Shown here: piece after piece, positions 48,042-55,596 of the stretch | How the letters are laid out: each line of letters starts with the position of its first letter | How positions within the stretch are numbered: the stretch's first letter is position 1 | From: a virus | DNA: 64,000 nucleotides | Reading direction: 5' to 3' (one strand) | Virus record (IMG/VR): IMGVR_UViG_3300035703_000021 | Coordinates: 74,863 to 138,862 of that record | Program-made: the position numbers and the translations under genes | The notes under the pieces: generated by a model | What the model saw: only the letters and a program-made list of their open reading frames with translations | Told to the model about the DNA's origin: nothing | Database searches by the model: none

Positions 48042-49988
48042 ATGAAAGAGCAAGTACTCAATCACAAGCAACCTCTCTCGGATCAGCAATCTAAAAAGGT
48101 TGTCTACGTCGAGATGTTCAGAGCCGGCCCGCAGATCTCATCTACGGGTCAGAAGCTGGTATTTGATGAGAGCGACTTGGATCAGGTGGTGGGGTCTTAC
48201 GATCCCATCCACCACGAGGCACCCCTGATCATCGGACACGATCAACAGGACGATACGCCAGCGCTCGGTTGGGTACGTAAAGTGTGGAGAAAAGGCAAAG
48301 AACTTTGGGGTAAGGTCGAACTTACCCCTAAGGCCGAACAGCTCATCAAAGATGGGGTGTTCAAAAAAGTAAGTAGTTCATTCTACCTGCCCGAGGCTGA
48401 AACGAATCCTACACCTGGGAAATTATCCCTACGTCATCTCGGTTTGGTTTCTATTCCGGCAGTTAAAGGACTCACTGCTTTTTCGGAGGAATCCGAACAG
48501 CAAACGATCACAATTACCCCCTCCGAAGGGGAGTCTTCTATTTCGTTTAAAGAACACTTAGGAAAAAATCAAACTATGGCTAGGAAGAAAACCAAACCAG
48601 AAACTCCCGCTTCGGTTTCCTCGGTTATCGAGCATACCGAGGGTGGTGGGATGACTGTCAATATCAACATTGGCGGGGGCGATAAGCCTAAGAGCAATGT
48701 GTATGACGACAGCGGAAACCAGATCTCCGAAACAGGAGCTCCTGCCGAGTACGACATGGACTACGGTATGGAGTCTGATATGGAAGCGGACCCGGCCATG
48801 AGCATGGCTGATGACTCCGATTCCTCGGATGACCTCGGTCTTGAGGATGATAGCGCTGACGGAGACGTTTCCGCTGAAGGTGACGACATGGGCACCGATG
48901 TTGCTGGCGACGAAGGAGACGACATGGCTCCTGACGCCGGTATGGATGGAGGAGCGGACGACTCCGCCACTGAGCCTTCCGAAGGGGGCGATGGGGCACC
49001 TGATGATGGCACCGAGGATATCTCTGGTGACATGGAGGGAGATGATCAAAAGATCGCCCAACTCGCCTCGGAATACGAAATCGACGAGCTAATCAAGGCT
49101 CTAGCTCTTAAAACAGATGCCGCTTCCATGATGGAAGGACAGGGAATGTCTTACGGTGAGATGCCCGAGGGCCTTAAGAAGGCCATGGAGGCTAAGAAAA
49201 AGGGAGAAGGTGAGAGTAAAGACGAAGAGGAGAAGGAAGAGGATTCGGAAGACATGGGCGAGAAGTGCACCGACGCTGGCGAGCCCAGCGGAGCTGGTGA
49301 GCCTCCCTCGGAAGAGGTGAAGGGCGCTGACGAGCCCAAGGGAGAGCAGGTTTACGCCGAGGAGGAAGCTACCGAGGAAGACGAGGAAGTTTCCGAGCAT
49401 GGTGAAGGCTGCAAGGACTACGAAGAGGATGAAGACGAGAAGAAAAAGAAAATGATGAAGAGCGACATGTCAGAAGAGACCACTCCTGAAGAGGCTACAG
49501 GAACTCTGGATCATAGCGAGTCCGCTATGGGAGTTCAGGGACAGAATGACCTTCAAGCCCGGGTAGCCGAACTGGAAGAGGAACTTGCCAGACAGAAAAA
49601 GCTCATGAGAGAGAAGGAAATCTCCGATTTCTGCGAGACTCTCTACGGCGAGGGTAAACTGACTCAGCAGATCGTCTCTAAGACCGATCTCGTTAGATTC
49701 ATGGAGACTCTCAATAACAAGAACTCGGTGAACTTCTCCGAGACAGGCAAAGCCTCCCAATTTGATTTCTTCAAAGGTGTTCTGGAGAAACTACCCTCCA
49801 TGGTCAGCTTCGAAGAATTTGCCACCCCTGCTTCCGCTCCCAAGAGCAGAAAGCAACCCTCTCCTTCGGCCGACGGTTACGTCTACGACCCCGCCACTGC
49901 GGACCTCCACGCTCAAGCGCTGGACTACGCAGAGGAAAAGGGCGTTGAGTACACCATCGCTCTGAAGGCTGTTCTATCCAACTCATAA
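48042..49988 (+). CDS. Mu gpI-like prohead protease fused to a long acidic scaffold
   Basis: YDP..HEAPLIIGH...PALGWV, FKKVSSSFY, LRHLGLV..PAVKGL; D/E-rich middle; C-terminal LHAQALDY....VEY..AL. Confidence 0.85.
   Translation: MKEQVLNHKQPLSDQQSKKVVYVEMFRAGPQISSTGQKLVFDESDLDQVVGSYDPIHHEAPLIIGHDQQDDTPALGWVRKVWRKGKELWGKVELTPKAEQLIKDGVFKKVSSSFYLPEAETNPTPGKLSLRHLGLVSIPAVKGLTAFSEESEQQTITITPSEGESSISFKEHLGKNQTMARKKTKPETPASVSSVIEHTEGGGMTVNINIGGGDKPKSNVYDDSGNQISETGAPAEYDMDYGMESDMEADPAMSMADDSDSSDDLGLEDDSADGDVSAEGDDMGTDVAGDEGDDMAPDAGMDGGADDSATEPSEGGDGAPDDGTEDISGDMEGDDQKIAQLASEYEIDELIKALALKTDAASMMEGQGMSYGEMPEGLKKAMEAKKKGEGESKDEEEKEEDSEDMGEKCTDAGEPSGAGEPPSEEVKGADEPKGEQVYAEEEATEEDEEVSEHGEGCKDYEEDEDEKKKKMMKSDMSEETTPEEATGTLDHSESAMGVQGQNDLQARVAELEEELARQKKLMREKEISDFCETLYGEGKLTQQIVSKTDLVRFMETLNNKNSVNFSETGKASQFDFFKGVLEKLPSMVSFEEFATPASAPKSRKQPSPSADGYVYDPATADLHAQALDYAEEKGVEYTIALKAVLSNS
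48576..49988 (+). CDS. Internally initiated scaffolding protein (Mu gpZ-like), in frame with the protease
   Basis: In-frame ATG (MARKKTK) with AGGA upstream and a GTTTAAAG motif at 48545-48552. Confidence 0.6.
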   Translation: MARKKTKPETPASVSSVIEHTEGGGMTVNINIGGGDKPKSNVYDDSGNQISETGAPAEYDMDYGMESDMEADPAMSMADDSDSSDDLGLEDDSADGDVSAEGDDMGTDVAGDEGDDMAPDAGMDGGADDSATEPSEGGDGAPDDGTEDISGDMEGDDQKIAQLASEYEIDELIKALALKTDAASMMEGQGMSYGEMPEGLKKAMEAKKKGEGESKDEEEKEEDSEDMGEKCTDAGEPSGAGEPPSEEVKGADEPKGEQVYAEEEATEEDEEVSEHGEGCKDYEEDEDEKKKKMMKSDMSEETTPEEATGTLDHSESAMGVQGQNDLQARVAELEEELARQKKLMREKEISDFCETLYGEGKLTQQIVSKTDLVRFMETLNNKNSVNFSETGKASQFDFFKGVLEKLPSMVSFEEFATPASAPKSRKQPSPSADGYVYDPATADLHAQALDYAEEKGVEYTIALKAVLSNS

Positions 49989-50000
49989 GGAGATTAACAA

Positions 50001-50525
50001 ATGGCTAAGGACCCACGTTACATGTCCTTTGACCACCAGTATGTTGAGACTGTGACCGTCACCGACGCCACAGCTCTCACCAACGGTGTCGAGGCTCATC
50101 GCTTTGTTAAGCGCGACGGCGCTTACCCCTCCGCCAACGGCTACGCCGCTGGTGTGAATGTCTACCGCATCTACGGCCAAGGCGAGCTGAACGCCAACGG
50201 CTACCAAGTCGATGACGGTTCGACCCTGGTGTACGAAGGTCAGCTGAATCCTTCTACCACACCTTACAAGCCCGGCGTATTCCCCTATCAGGGCCTGGCT
50301 TCCATCGTGACCACTGGTATCGTAATTGTTCAAGTGGCCGCTTCTCAGACCATCGTAGTCGATTCCCCGATCTTCGCTAACGCTTCTGGCCAAGCCGTAA
50401 CCGGCGCTGCTGGAACTGGCAAGATTGTTCTAGGTCGTGCCCTCGATGCCGTGACCACTGGCCAGGGAGAAACCTCCTACGTTCGTGTGAAGCTCGGTAA
50501 CGAAGCTGGCGCCGCTCTAGCTTGA
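50001..50525 (+). CDS. Capsid cement/decoration protein (DUF2190-like)
   Basis: Between scaffold and capsid; HRFV...G, SIVTTGIVIV, ANASGQAV, LGRALDA; AAGGAG RBS. Confidence 0.75.
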   Translation: MAKDPRYMSFDHQYVETVTVTDATALTNGVEAHRFVKRDGAYPSANGYAAGVNVYRIYGQGELNANGYQVDDGSTLVYEGQLNPSTTPYKPGVFPYQGLASIVTTGIVIVQVAASQTIVVDSPIFANASGQAVTGAAGTGKIVLGRALDAVTTGQGETSYVRVKLGNEAGAALA

Positions 50526-50554
50526 TAATAGATACCTAAAGGAGATTAACAATC

Positions 50555-51538
50555 ATGATGAATCTTGATCAGGTCCGCGTAATTGACCCTATTCTTACGC
50601 AACTCGCTCAAGGGTACAAGAACGCTGAAGGCGTAGCAACCTTCTTCGCTCCTGCAGTATCTATGAATACTCGCGCTGGACGTACCCTGGTTTTCGGTAA
50701 GGAAGCTTTCGCAGCTCAGTCCTTCCTCCGCGCTCCTGGAACTAACATCCAGAAGATCCAGAACCAATTCGGAACCCGTTCGTTCGCTCTCCGTCAGGAA
50801 GCGATCAGCTGGGAAATCGCCGAAGAGGTGGCCGCTGAGGCTAAGAACGGAGCAGCTCAGATCGACCTTCGCCAGTTCGCCGCTAAGGACGCCGCAAATC
50901 GTCTGATGCAGTCCTGGGAAGTTCAGGTTGCCACTGCCGTGACCGACACCACTCAGTACGAGACCAACAACGTGCTGAACCTGGCCACCTACAATGGTGG
51001 CGCTGACCAGTTCAACAGCCCAACCGCCGACGTGGAAGTGCTGATGGACGATGCCAAGGAGCAGGTCCGCAGCCAGATCGGTGTGTATCCTAACAAGATG
51101 GTGATCTCACCAGACGCTTTCAACGCTCTTAAGCGTAACAAGCGTATCCGCGACTTCATGCAGCGCGGTGTGCTGGTCGACGAGAAGACTCTTGCTCAGA
51201 TCTTTGGTCTGGACGAGATCCGCGTGGCCCGCAGACTGAAGCTGAATGAGTCCACCGGTGCTCTGGAGAACATCTACAACAACACCGCGATCCTCTTCTA
51301 CCATCCTTCCGCCTCCACCGACGGCTTCATGCCCGCCCTGGACGCCAACTATGGTAACCCCGCTTTCGCTTACACCTACACTCTGAGTGGTTATCCTATC
51401 TCCACTCCTGAGCGCTTCAACATCGAGCGCAGAGTGTTCACCGGTGACATCCTTGTCGAGCGCTCCTTCGAGCTCGTAGGCATGGGTGAGAACGGAAAGT
51501 GTGGCGCTGGTTTCATCTTCCAGAACCCTGTTGCTTGA
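50555..51538 (+). CDS. Major capsid protein
   Basis: RVIDPILTQLAQGY.N, FGKEAF, RAPG, IGVYPNKMVI, PAFAYTYTL, GAGFIFQN; strong RBS and biased codons. Confidence 0.88.
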   Translation: MMNLDQVRVIDPILTQLAQGYKNAEGVATFFAPAVSMNTRAGRTLVFGKEAFAAQSFLRAPGTNIQKIQNQFGTRSFALRQEAISWEIAEEVAAEAKNGAAQIDLRQFAAKDAANRLMQSWEVQVATAVTDTTQYETNNVLNLATYNGGADQFNSPTADVEVLMDDAKEQVRSQIGVYPNKMVISPDAFNALKRNKRIRDFMQRGVLVDEKTLAQIFGLDEIRVARRLKLNESTGALENIYNNTAILFYHPSASTDGFMPALDANYGNPAFAYTYTLSGYPISTPERFNIERRVFTGDILVERSFELVGMGENGKCGAGFIFQNPVA

Positions 51539-51562
51539 GCTTAACCTCAAGAAGCTAAAATC

Positions 51563-51587
51563 GAGGCCTTCGGGCCTCTTTTTTTTT
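51563..51587 (+). terminator. Intrinsic terminator after capsid gene
   Basis: GAGGCC-TTCG-GGCCTC followed by T9. Confidence 0.92.
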
Positions 51588-51903
51588 ATGCGGTTTTTAA
51601 CAGTAAAGAGTCTATTTTTTCTTTGAGTTGCTGGAGTCTACTTAAGTTTTGCTGATAGATTCTATCGTTAAAGTCCTTGTTGCCAAAAAGCTGGTCCAGA
51701 GTCACCGTTATATGAATATCCAGCCCCAGGTAAGAGTCCAAAATCCCCTTCAGCCTTTCTATGACTACTGCGTCTCCTTCATGTATATCACTTACAACCT
51801 TCTCCAAATAACTAACCGTCCTCTTGATAACAAAAGTATCTGTACGTATATCCCTCTTTAAAGCTAGGTCCAATGACTTTAGGTACGCTTCATATAAACT
51901 CAT
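51586..51903 (-). CDS. AT-rich hypothetical protein inserted antisense in the head operon
   Basis: ATG 51903 (MSLYEAYL); TGGTATAAT at 51927-51935. Confidence 0.55.
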   Translation of the reverse strand: MSLYEAYLKSLDLALKRDIRTDTFVIKRTVSYLEKVVSDIHEGDAVVIERLKGILDSYLGLDIHITVTLDQLFGNKDFNDRIYQQNLSRLQQLKEKIDSLLLKTA

Positions 51904-51968
51904 AGCACGGTACCCCGTATCCACGAATTATACCATAGTTTAAAGTCATAGATAGATGGTCGATTATT

Positions 51969-52763
51969 ATGCCCAATTCTCCACTTCCTGATGAGTTCGG
52001 AATCGCGGATAATTGCACACCGGCTACAGTCGATTACTTCGTCGAGGTGTTCGGCTACCAGGAGGCCGTAGAGCTCTCGAATATAGACAACCCGACAGGC
52101 AACCAGATAAATGTCGATAAGATCCAGATCGCTCTGAATGACGCTGCGGCTCTGATCAATAACTACATTGTCACCGCTCCGCCTCAGGGTAAGATCCTCA
52201 TCGCCGGCTCGTACAGGCGCACCCAGGCCATCCTCGCAAGGTGGTACCTGGACATCCTTCGCCCGAGGCAGCAGGTGGTTGAAGCCGCGGACAAAGCACT
52301 CGAGCAACTGGAGCTCTGGGCGGCCAAGGCCTCCCCCTCCACAGGCCTGAAGTGGCAGGAAGCGTACCGCTACTGGGGAAGCGGATGCACGATGACGAAA
52401 AGCTCCTACAGAAGGGGCAGAAGCTTCACCGAGCCTTCCACAAGTCGCTGGGTCCTCCGCGAAGGGGGCAACAACCGCTGGTGGCAGTTCCCACGCAAGG
52501 AGGCTCTGTCGGTATCCAGGGATAGCTCGGAGAGAATCTCCGACGCGGCCATGGGCGTCACTGGCTCGATGCCCGAGTCAGCCCTCGAAGTCAACGAGCT
52601 CTTCGACGCTCTGGAGACTACGAGGGGACTCTCCTCGTTCACAAACACCCAAGACGCCGTGGATCCACAAGATGGCGATACGATTGTCGCCACTAACACG
52701 ACACCCAGCGCCGACGGAAACTTCGATAACTACAACGGCCTTCAAGAAGGCAACACGTTCTGA
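51969..52763 (+). CDS. Mu gp36-like (DUF1320) head-tail adaptor with C-terminal extension
   Basis: FG.QEAVELS...IN..KIQ.AL.DA.A.IN.Y....LARWYL.......A...LE pattern. Confidence 0.7.
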   Translation: MPNSPLPDEFGIADNCTPATVDYFVEVFGYQEAVELSNIDNPTGNQINVDKIQIALNDAAALINNYIVTAPPQGKILIAGSYRRTQAILARWYLDILRPRQQVVEAADKALEQLELWAAKASPSTGLKWQEAYRYWGSGCTMTKSSYRRGRSFTEPSTSRWVLREGGNNRWWQFPRKEALSVSRDSSERISDAAMGVTGSMPESALEVNELFDALETTRGLSSFTNTQDAVDPQDGDTIVATNTTPSADGNFDNYNGLQEGNTF

Positions 52764-52765
52764 TC

Positions 52766-53107
52766 ATGAGTAACCAACCCTACGGATACGATCCATTTAA
52801 CGCCGGGCCGGCCGATGGCCAAGCCTTCCTGCTCTCTGACGGCGGAGCGCCAACCAACTGCTACTACGGCCCGAGTTACGGCCTGTCGCTAAGCGGCAGG
52901 GTCGGTGTGTTTCCGGATGGAGCACCGTACAAGCAATCGGCCGCGGAGCTGAGGCAGTACATTGTCGCCCTGGAGTCTACGAGAAAGCTCCAGGATCTCG
53001 CCGACGTGAACTTCACCAGGAACGTTAAGCCTGGCGACGCGCTTCTCTACAATTACACAACGGGTTACTGGGAGCTACAGGATTTTATTAGTGGCGGAGG
53101 GTGGTGA
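52766..53107 (+). CDS. Hypothetical virion protein
   Basis: LQDLADV....GDALLYN...G.W motif; ends ISGGGW. Confidence 0.55.
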   Translation: MSNQPYGYDPFNAGPADGQAFLLSDGGAPTNCYYGPSYGLSLSGRVGVFPDGAPYKQSAAELRQYIVALESTRKLQDLADVNFTRNVKPGDALLYNYTTGYWELQDFISGGGW

Positions 53108-53110
53108 TCC

Positions 53111-54040
53111 GTGCTTCTAGAGATCGAAAACCAGCTCCATAAGAGAGTGCATAGTGCCTTGGGGCAGAGTGCCGTAGTGCTCCGCCTTGCCGAGGAGCTC
53201 GATGAGTCGGGACGCGTATCCGAGCAGACTATGATCATAGTCAGCTACGCCAACGAGAGCTCCTCCAACTCCAATAAGGGGGCGTACATTCCTACTGTCA
53301 GGACCAGGGCCCTCAGCTACTCGATCACAATAGTGCAGAAGCAGGTTCAGAGGGAGGGGCATAGTTTCGCCCTGCCGCTCATGGACTTGATATATGATGC
53401 GGTAACGGGCTGGGTGCCGGAGGTGCCGGGCCTCGAATTCCAGACGGGCTTCGAGCCCGGGCCCGGGCGCTTTGTACAGGTCACCGAAGCGTCCCAATTC
53501 ATCTACGAGATGACATTCACTGTGGAAGTGAATCTCGCTGACGGTAGGTTCTACTCCCAGCCCTGCGCCGCCTTCGACCCGGTATCCATCTCCGACTTCC
53601 TGCCTCAGCGCAGCTGCCTTCTCACACCCGAGGGCAAGAATACAGGCATCGCAATATGGAGAAGGAAGACAGGAGTCGATTCGGTTGAGGAGTATCTTGT
53701 GGAGGATTCGCAGTGCAAGCGGGAGCTCTCGGATAACTTAGAGGTGACCTGCGACCCAGCTTTTGACGGAACAGCAACGTACAGATTCGTACCTAGAATC
53801 GCGTTGACATTCAACTCCCAGGGGCAGAGAGTGATTGACGAGAGCAAAGTCCTTGCGGGAGAGCTGCAAAAGGTCTGGAAATGCTACAAAAATAACACCG
53901 AACCCTACCCGCCTTGGTTTAAGTTAAATATAGACTCCTCACTGTGGAAAAACGCCGCTGGAACGGTGCCGAACACCAAGCCTGGAACATCGGCTAGACA
54001 GGATCTGTACCTGAAAACTAATCCAGCCTACGACAAGTAA
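53111..54040 (+). CDS. Gp37-like tail completion/terminator protein
   Basis: Position after adaptor; IE..L..R, AL.L.D.I..A.TGW.P pattern. Confidence 0.55.
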   Translation: MLLEIENQLHKRVHSALGQSAVVLRLAEELDESGRVSEQTMIIVSYANESSSNSNKGAYIPTVRTRALSYSITIVQKQVQREGHSFALPLMDLIYDAVTGWVPEVPGLEFQTGFEPGPGRFVQVTEASQFIYEMTFTVEVNLADGRFYSQPCAAFDPVSISDFLPQRSCLLTPEGKNTGIAIWRRKTGVDSVEEYLVEDSQCKRELSDNLEVTCDPAFDGTATYRFVPRIALTFNSQGQRVIDESKVLAGELQKVWKCYKNNTEPYPPWFKLNIDSSLWKNAAGTVPNTKPGTSARQDLYLKTNPAYDK

Positions 54041-54042
54041 AC

Positions 54043-54453
54043 ATGAACTCACTATTCTACTCGGTTTTTACCTCCCACATGGCGTTCAAGGGCGCTGCTC
54101 AACTAGCACATTGGAACGTCGTCGGAAAGGACTTCTATCAGCTCCACCTGCTCTTCGGCAAGGTGTACGAAACCCTGGACTCCCAGACTGATACTTTTGC
54201 CGAGCAAGCCAGAGGTCTGGGTGTTGAAATCCCCGCCGGAGTATTCAATCAAGTGCCCGATATCGAATGGAGCGTGAATATCGAGCTGGTCGAGTGGTTG
54301 ATGCTACTGTGCATGAGATACAAATCTGATCTAGAGCTTTTTAGGGACGTACTGGAGCAGGAGAAGCAGCACGGGTTTGTCAATGTCATCGAGGGATTTC
54401 TCACAGATAGCAACACCCTCTGCTACCTTCTCAAGTCCACTCTAGAAGCCTAA
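54043..54453 (+). CDS. dps: Dps / ferritin-like protein
   Basis: AHWNVVGKDFYQLHLLFGKVYE...DTFAEQARGLG ferroxidase signature. Confidence 0.85.
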   Translation: MNSLFYSVFTSHMAFKGAAQLAHWNVVGKDFYQLHLLFGKVYETLDSQTDTFAEQARGLGVEIPAGVFNQVPDIEWSVNIELVEWLMLLCMRYKSDLELFRDVLEQEKQHGFVNVIEGFLTDSNTLCYLLKSTLEA

Positions 54454-54458
54454 GTACT

Positions 54459-54486
54459 AAAAAAGCCCCAGCGCTAGGTTGGGGCT
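54459..54486 (-). terminator. Intrinsic terminator for rlpA (possibly bidirectional)
   Basis: A6 followed by GCCCCAGC/GTTGGGGC inverted repeat between convergent genes. Confidence 0.7.
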
Positions 54487-54513
54487 CTCCTCGTATTCAG
54501 TTGTCCAGGTGCC

Positions 54514-54867
54514 TTAGCTCCAGGAGACGCAGACGTTATGCACTCCTCGTGAGATAGGACCTAGGGCGCTAAAAGACTTCGCCGATAAGTCGATGATCCT
54601 TCCGCCGGCGTAAGGCCCGCGGTCGGTGATCACTGCTCTCGTGCTACGGCCATTAGCAGTCACTGTGACAACTGTCCCAAAGGGTAGCCACTTATGCGCT
54701 GCTTGATTCGACCATGTGTCGAACCTCCGACCTGATGCAGTAATTCCACCTTGGTATCCGTCCCCTAAGCCGTAGAAGCTTGCCTCCCCGCATTGTTTTC
54801 CGGCGTGTGCAGACAGCGGAAGCGAGGAGAGAATGGCGAGGCCGAGGGTAACAATAGTTTTTTTCAT
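54514..54867 (-). CDS. rlpA: RlpA-like double-psi beta-barrel lytic transglycosylase with signal peptide
   Basis: MKKTIVTLGLAIL..SAHA signal; GEASFYG, TASG..F, AAHKWLPFGT, ITDRGPY..GRIIDLS. Confidence 0.88.
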   Translation of the reverse strand: MKKTIVTLGLAILSSLPLSAHAGKQCGEASFYGLGDGYQGGITASGRRFDTWSNQAAHKWLPFGTVVTVTANGRSTRAVITDRGPYAGGRIIDLSAKSFSALGPISRGVHNVCVSWS

Positions 54868-55018
54868 GAGCTCCAATGTAAGGAACACAGCATTCCAGGG
54901 TCATCTTTGCAATCTGCAATTGTTTATAGATGAGTTAGAGATGCTATGACAGTCGCCCGGTAAGAACTTAGTAAAGTCTTAACAAACGGCTGAATTTAAC
55001 TTTAAACCGAAATTGTTG

Positions 55019-55330
55019 TCACAGTTTCTGGAACAACTGCTTGCCCTCTTTGATGTTCGAGAGCAGAGTGGAAAGCGAGATCGGTCTATGCCCACCGTTC
55101 TTAATTATACCACGGCATTTGGGGTACTTGGTCGGAGGGTAGCCAGTTCGGCGAAGTAGCACAACGTCGGGAGCGTCTGCTCCGACCCATCGAGTGGGTT
55201 TTTTGGCTTTGCTCATGAGAGTGGGCTCCTCCCTGAGGAATAGGGAGAAGCCATGAGTCGATCTGAAATAATCGTTTAAATCCTCGAATGTTTGTAATGG
55301 CATAGGTGCACAGGTGCTTTTGTTACTCAT
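55019..55330 (-). CDS. Hypothetical basic protein
   Basis: ORF overlapping the upstream stop in the pol operon. Confidence 0.5.
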   Translation of the reverse strand: MSNKSTCAPMPLQTFEDLNDYFRSTHGFSLFLREEPTLMSKAKKPTRWVGADAPDVVLLRRTGYPPTKYPKCRGIIKNGGHRPISLSTLLSNIKEGKQLFQKL

Positions 55331-55589
55331 CCGCTACTTCCGTCTCTAGGAGTAGCATCCAGGGCTCCGTGGGAATAAAATCCAACTCAAACAACTGATT
55401 GTTGCAGTTGCAGTATATCAGTTTAGACTCCTGGCCTTCCGGATAGAACCATAGCAGTTGGTTTTTAAGATCCCTCTTGCTGGGGTCGGGTGCGGTTTTG
55501 CCCCTCTTCAGTCTGAAAAGGGACCTGTGATGACCGGCCTCTATAATTAATCCTTTGGCTCCGTCAAATCCCGCGTAACATGGCTTCAT
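55323..55589 (-). CDS. Hypothetical protein (88 aa)
   Basis: ATG 55589 (MKPCYAG) just after the pol stop. Confidence 0.5.
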   Translation of the reverse strand: MKPCYAGFDGAKGLIIEAGHHRSLFRLKRGKTAPDPSKRDLKNQLLWFYPEGQESKLIYCNCNNQLFELDFIPTEPWMLLLETEVADE

Positions 55590-55596
55590 GATAAGT

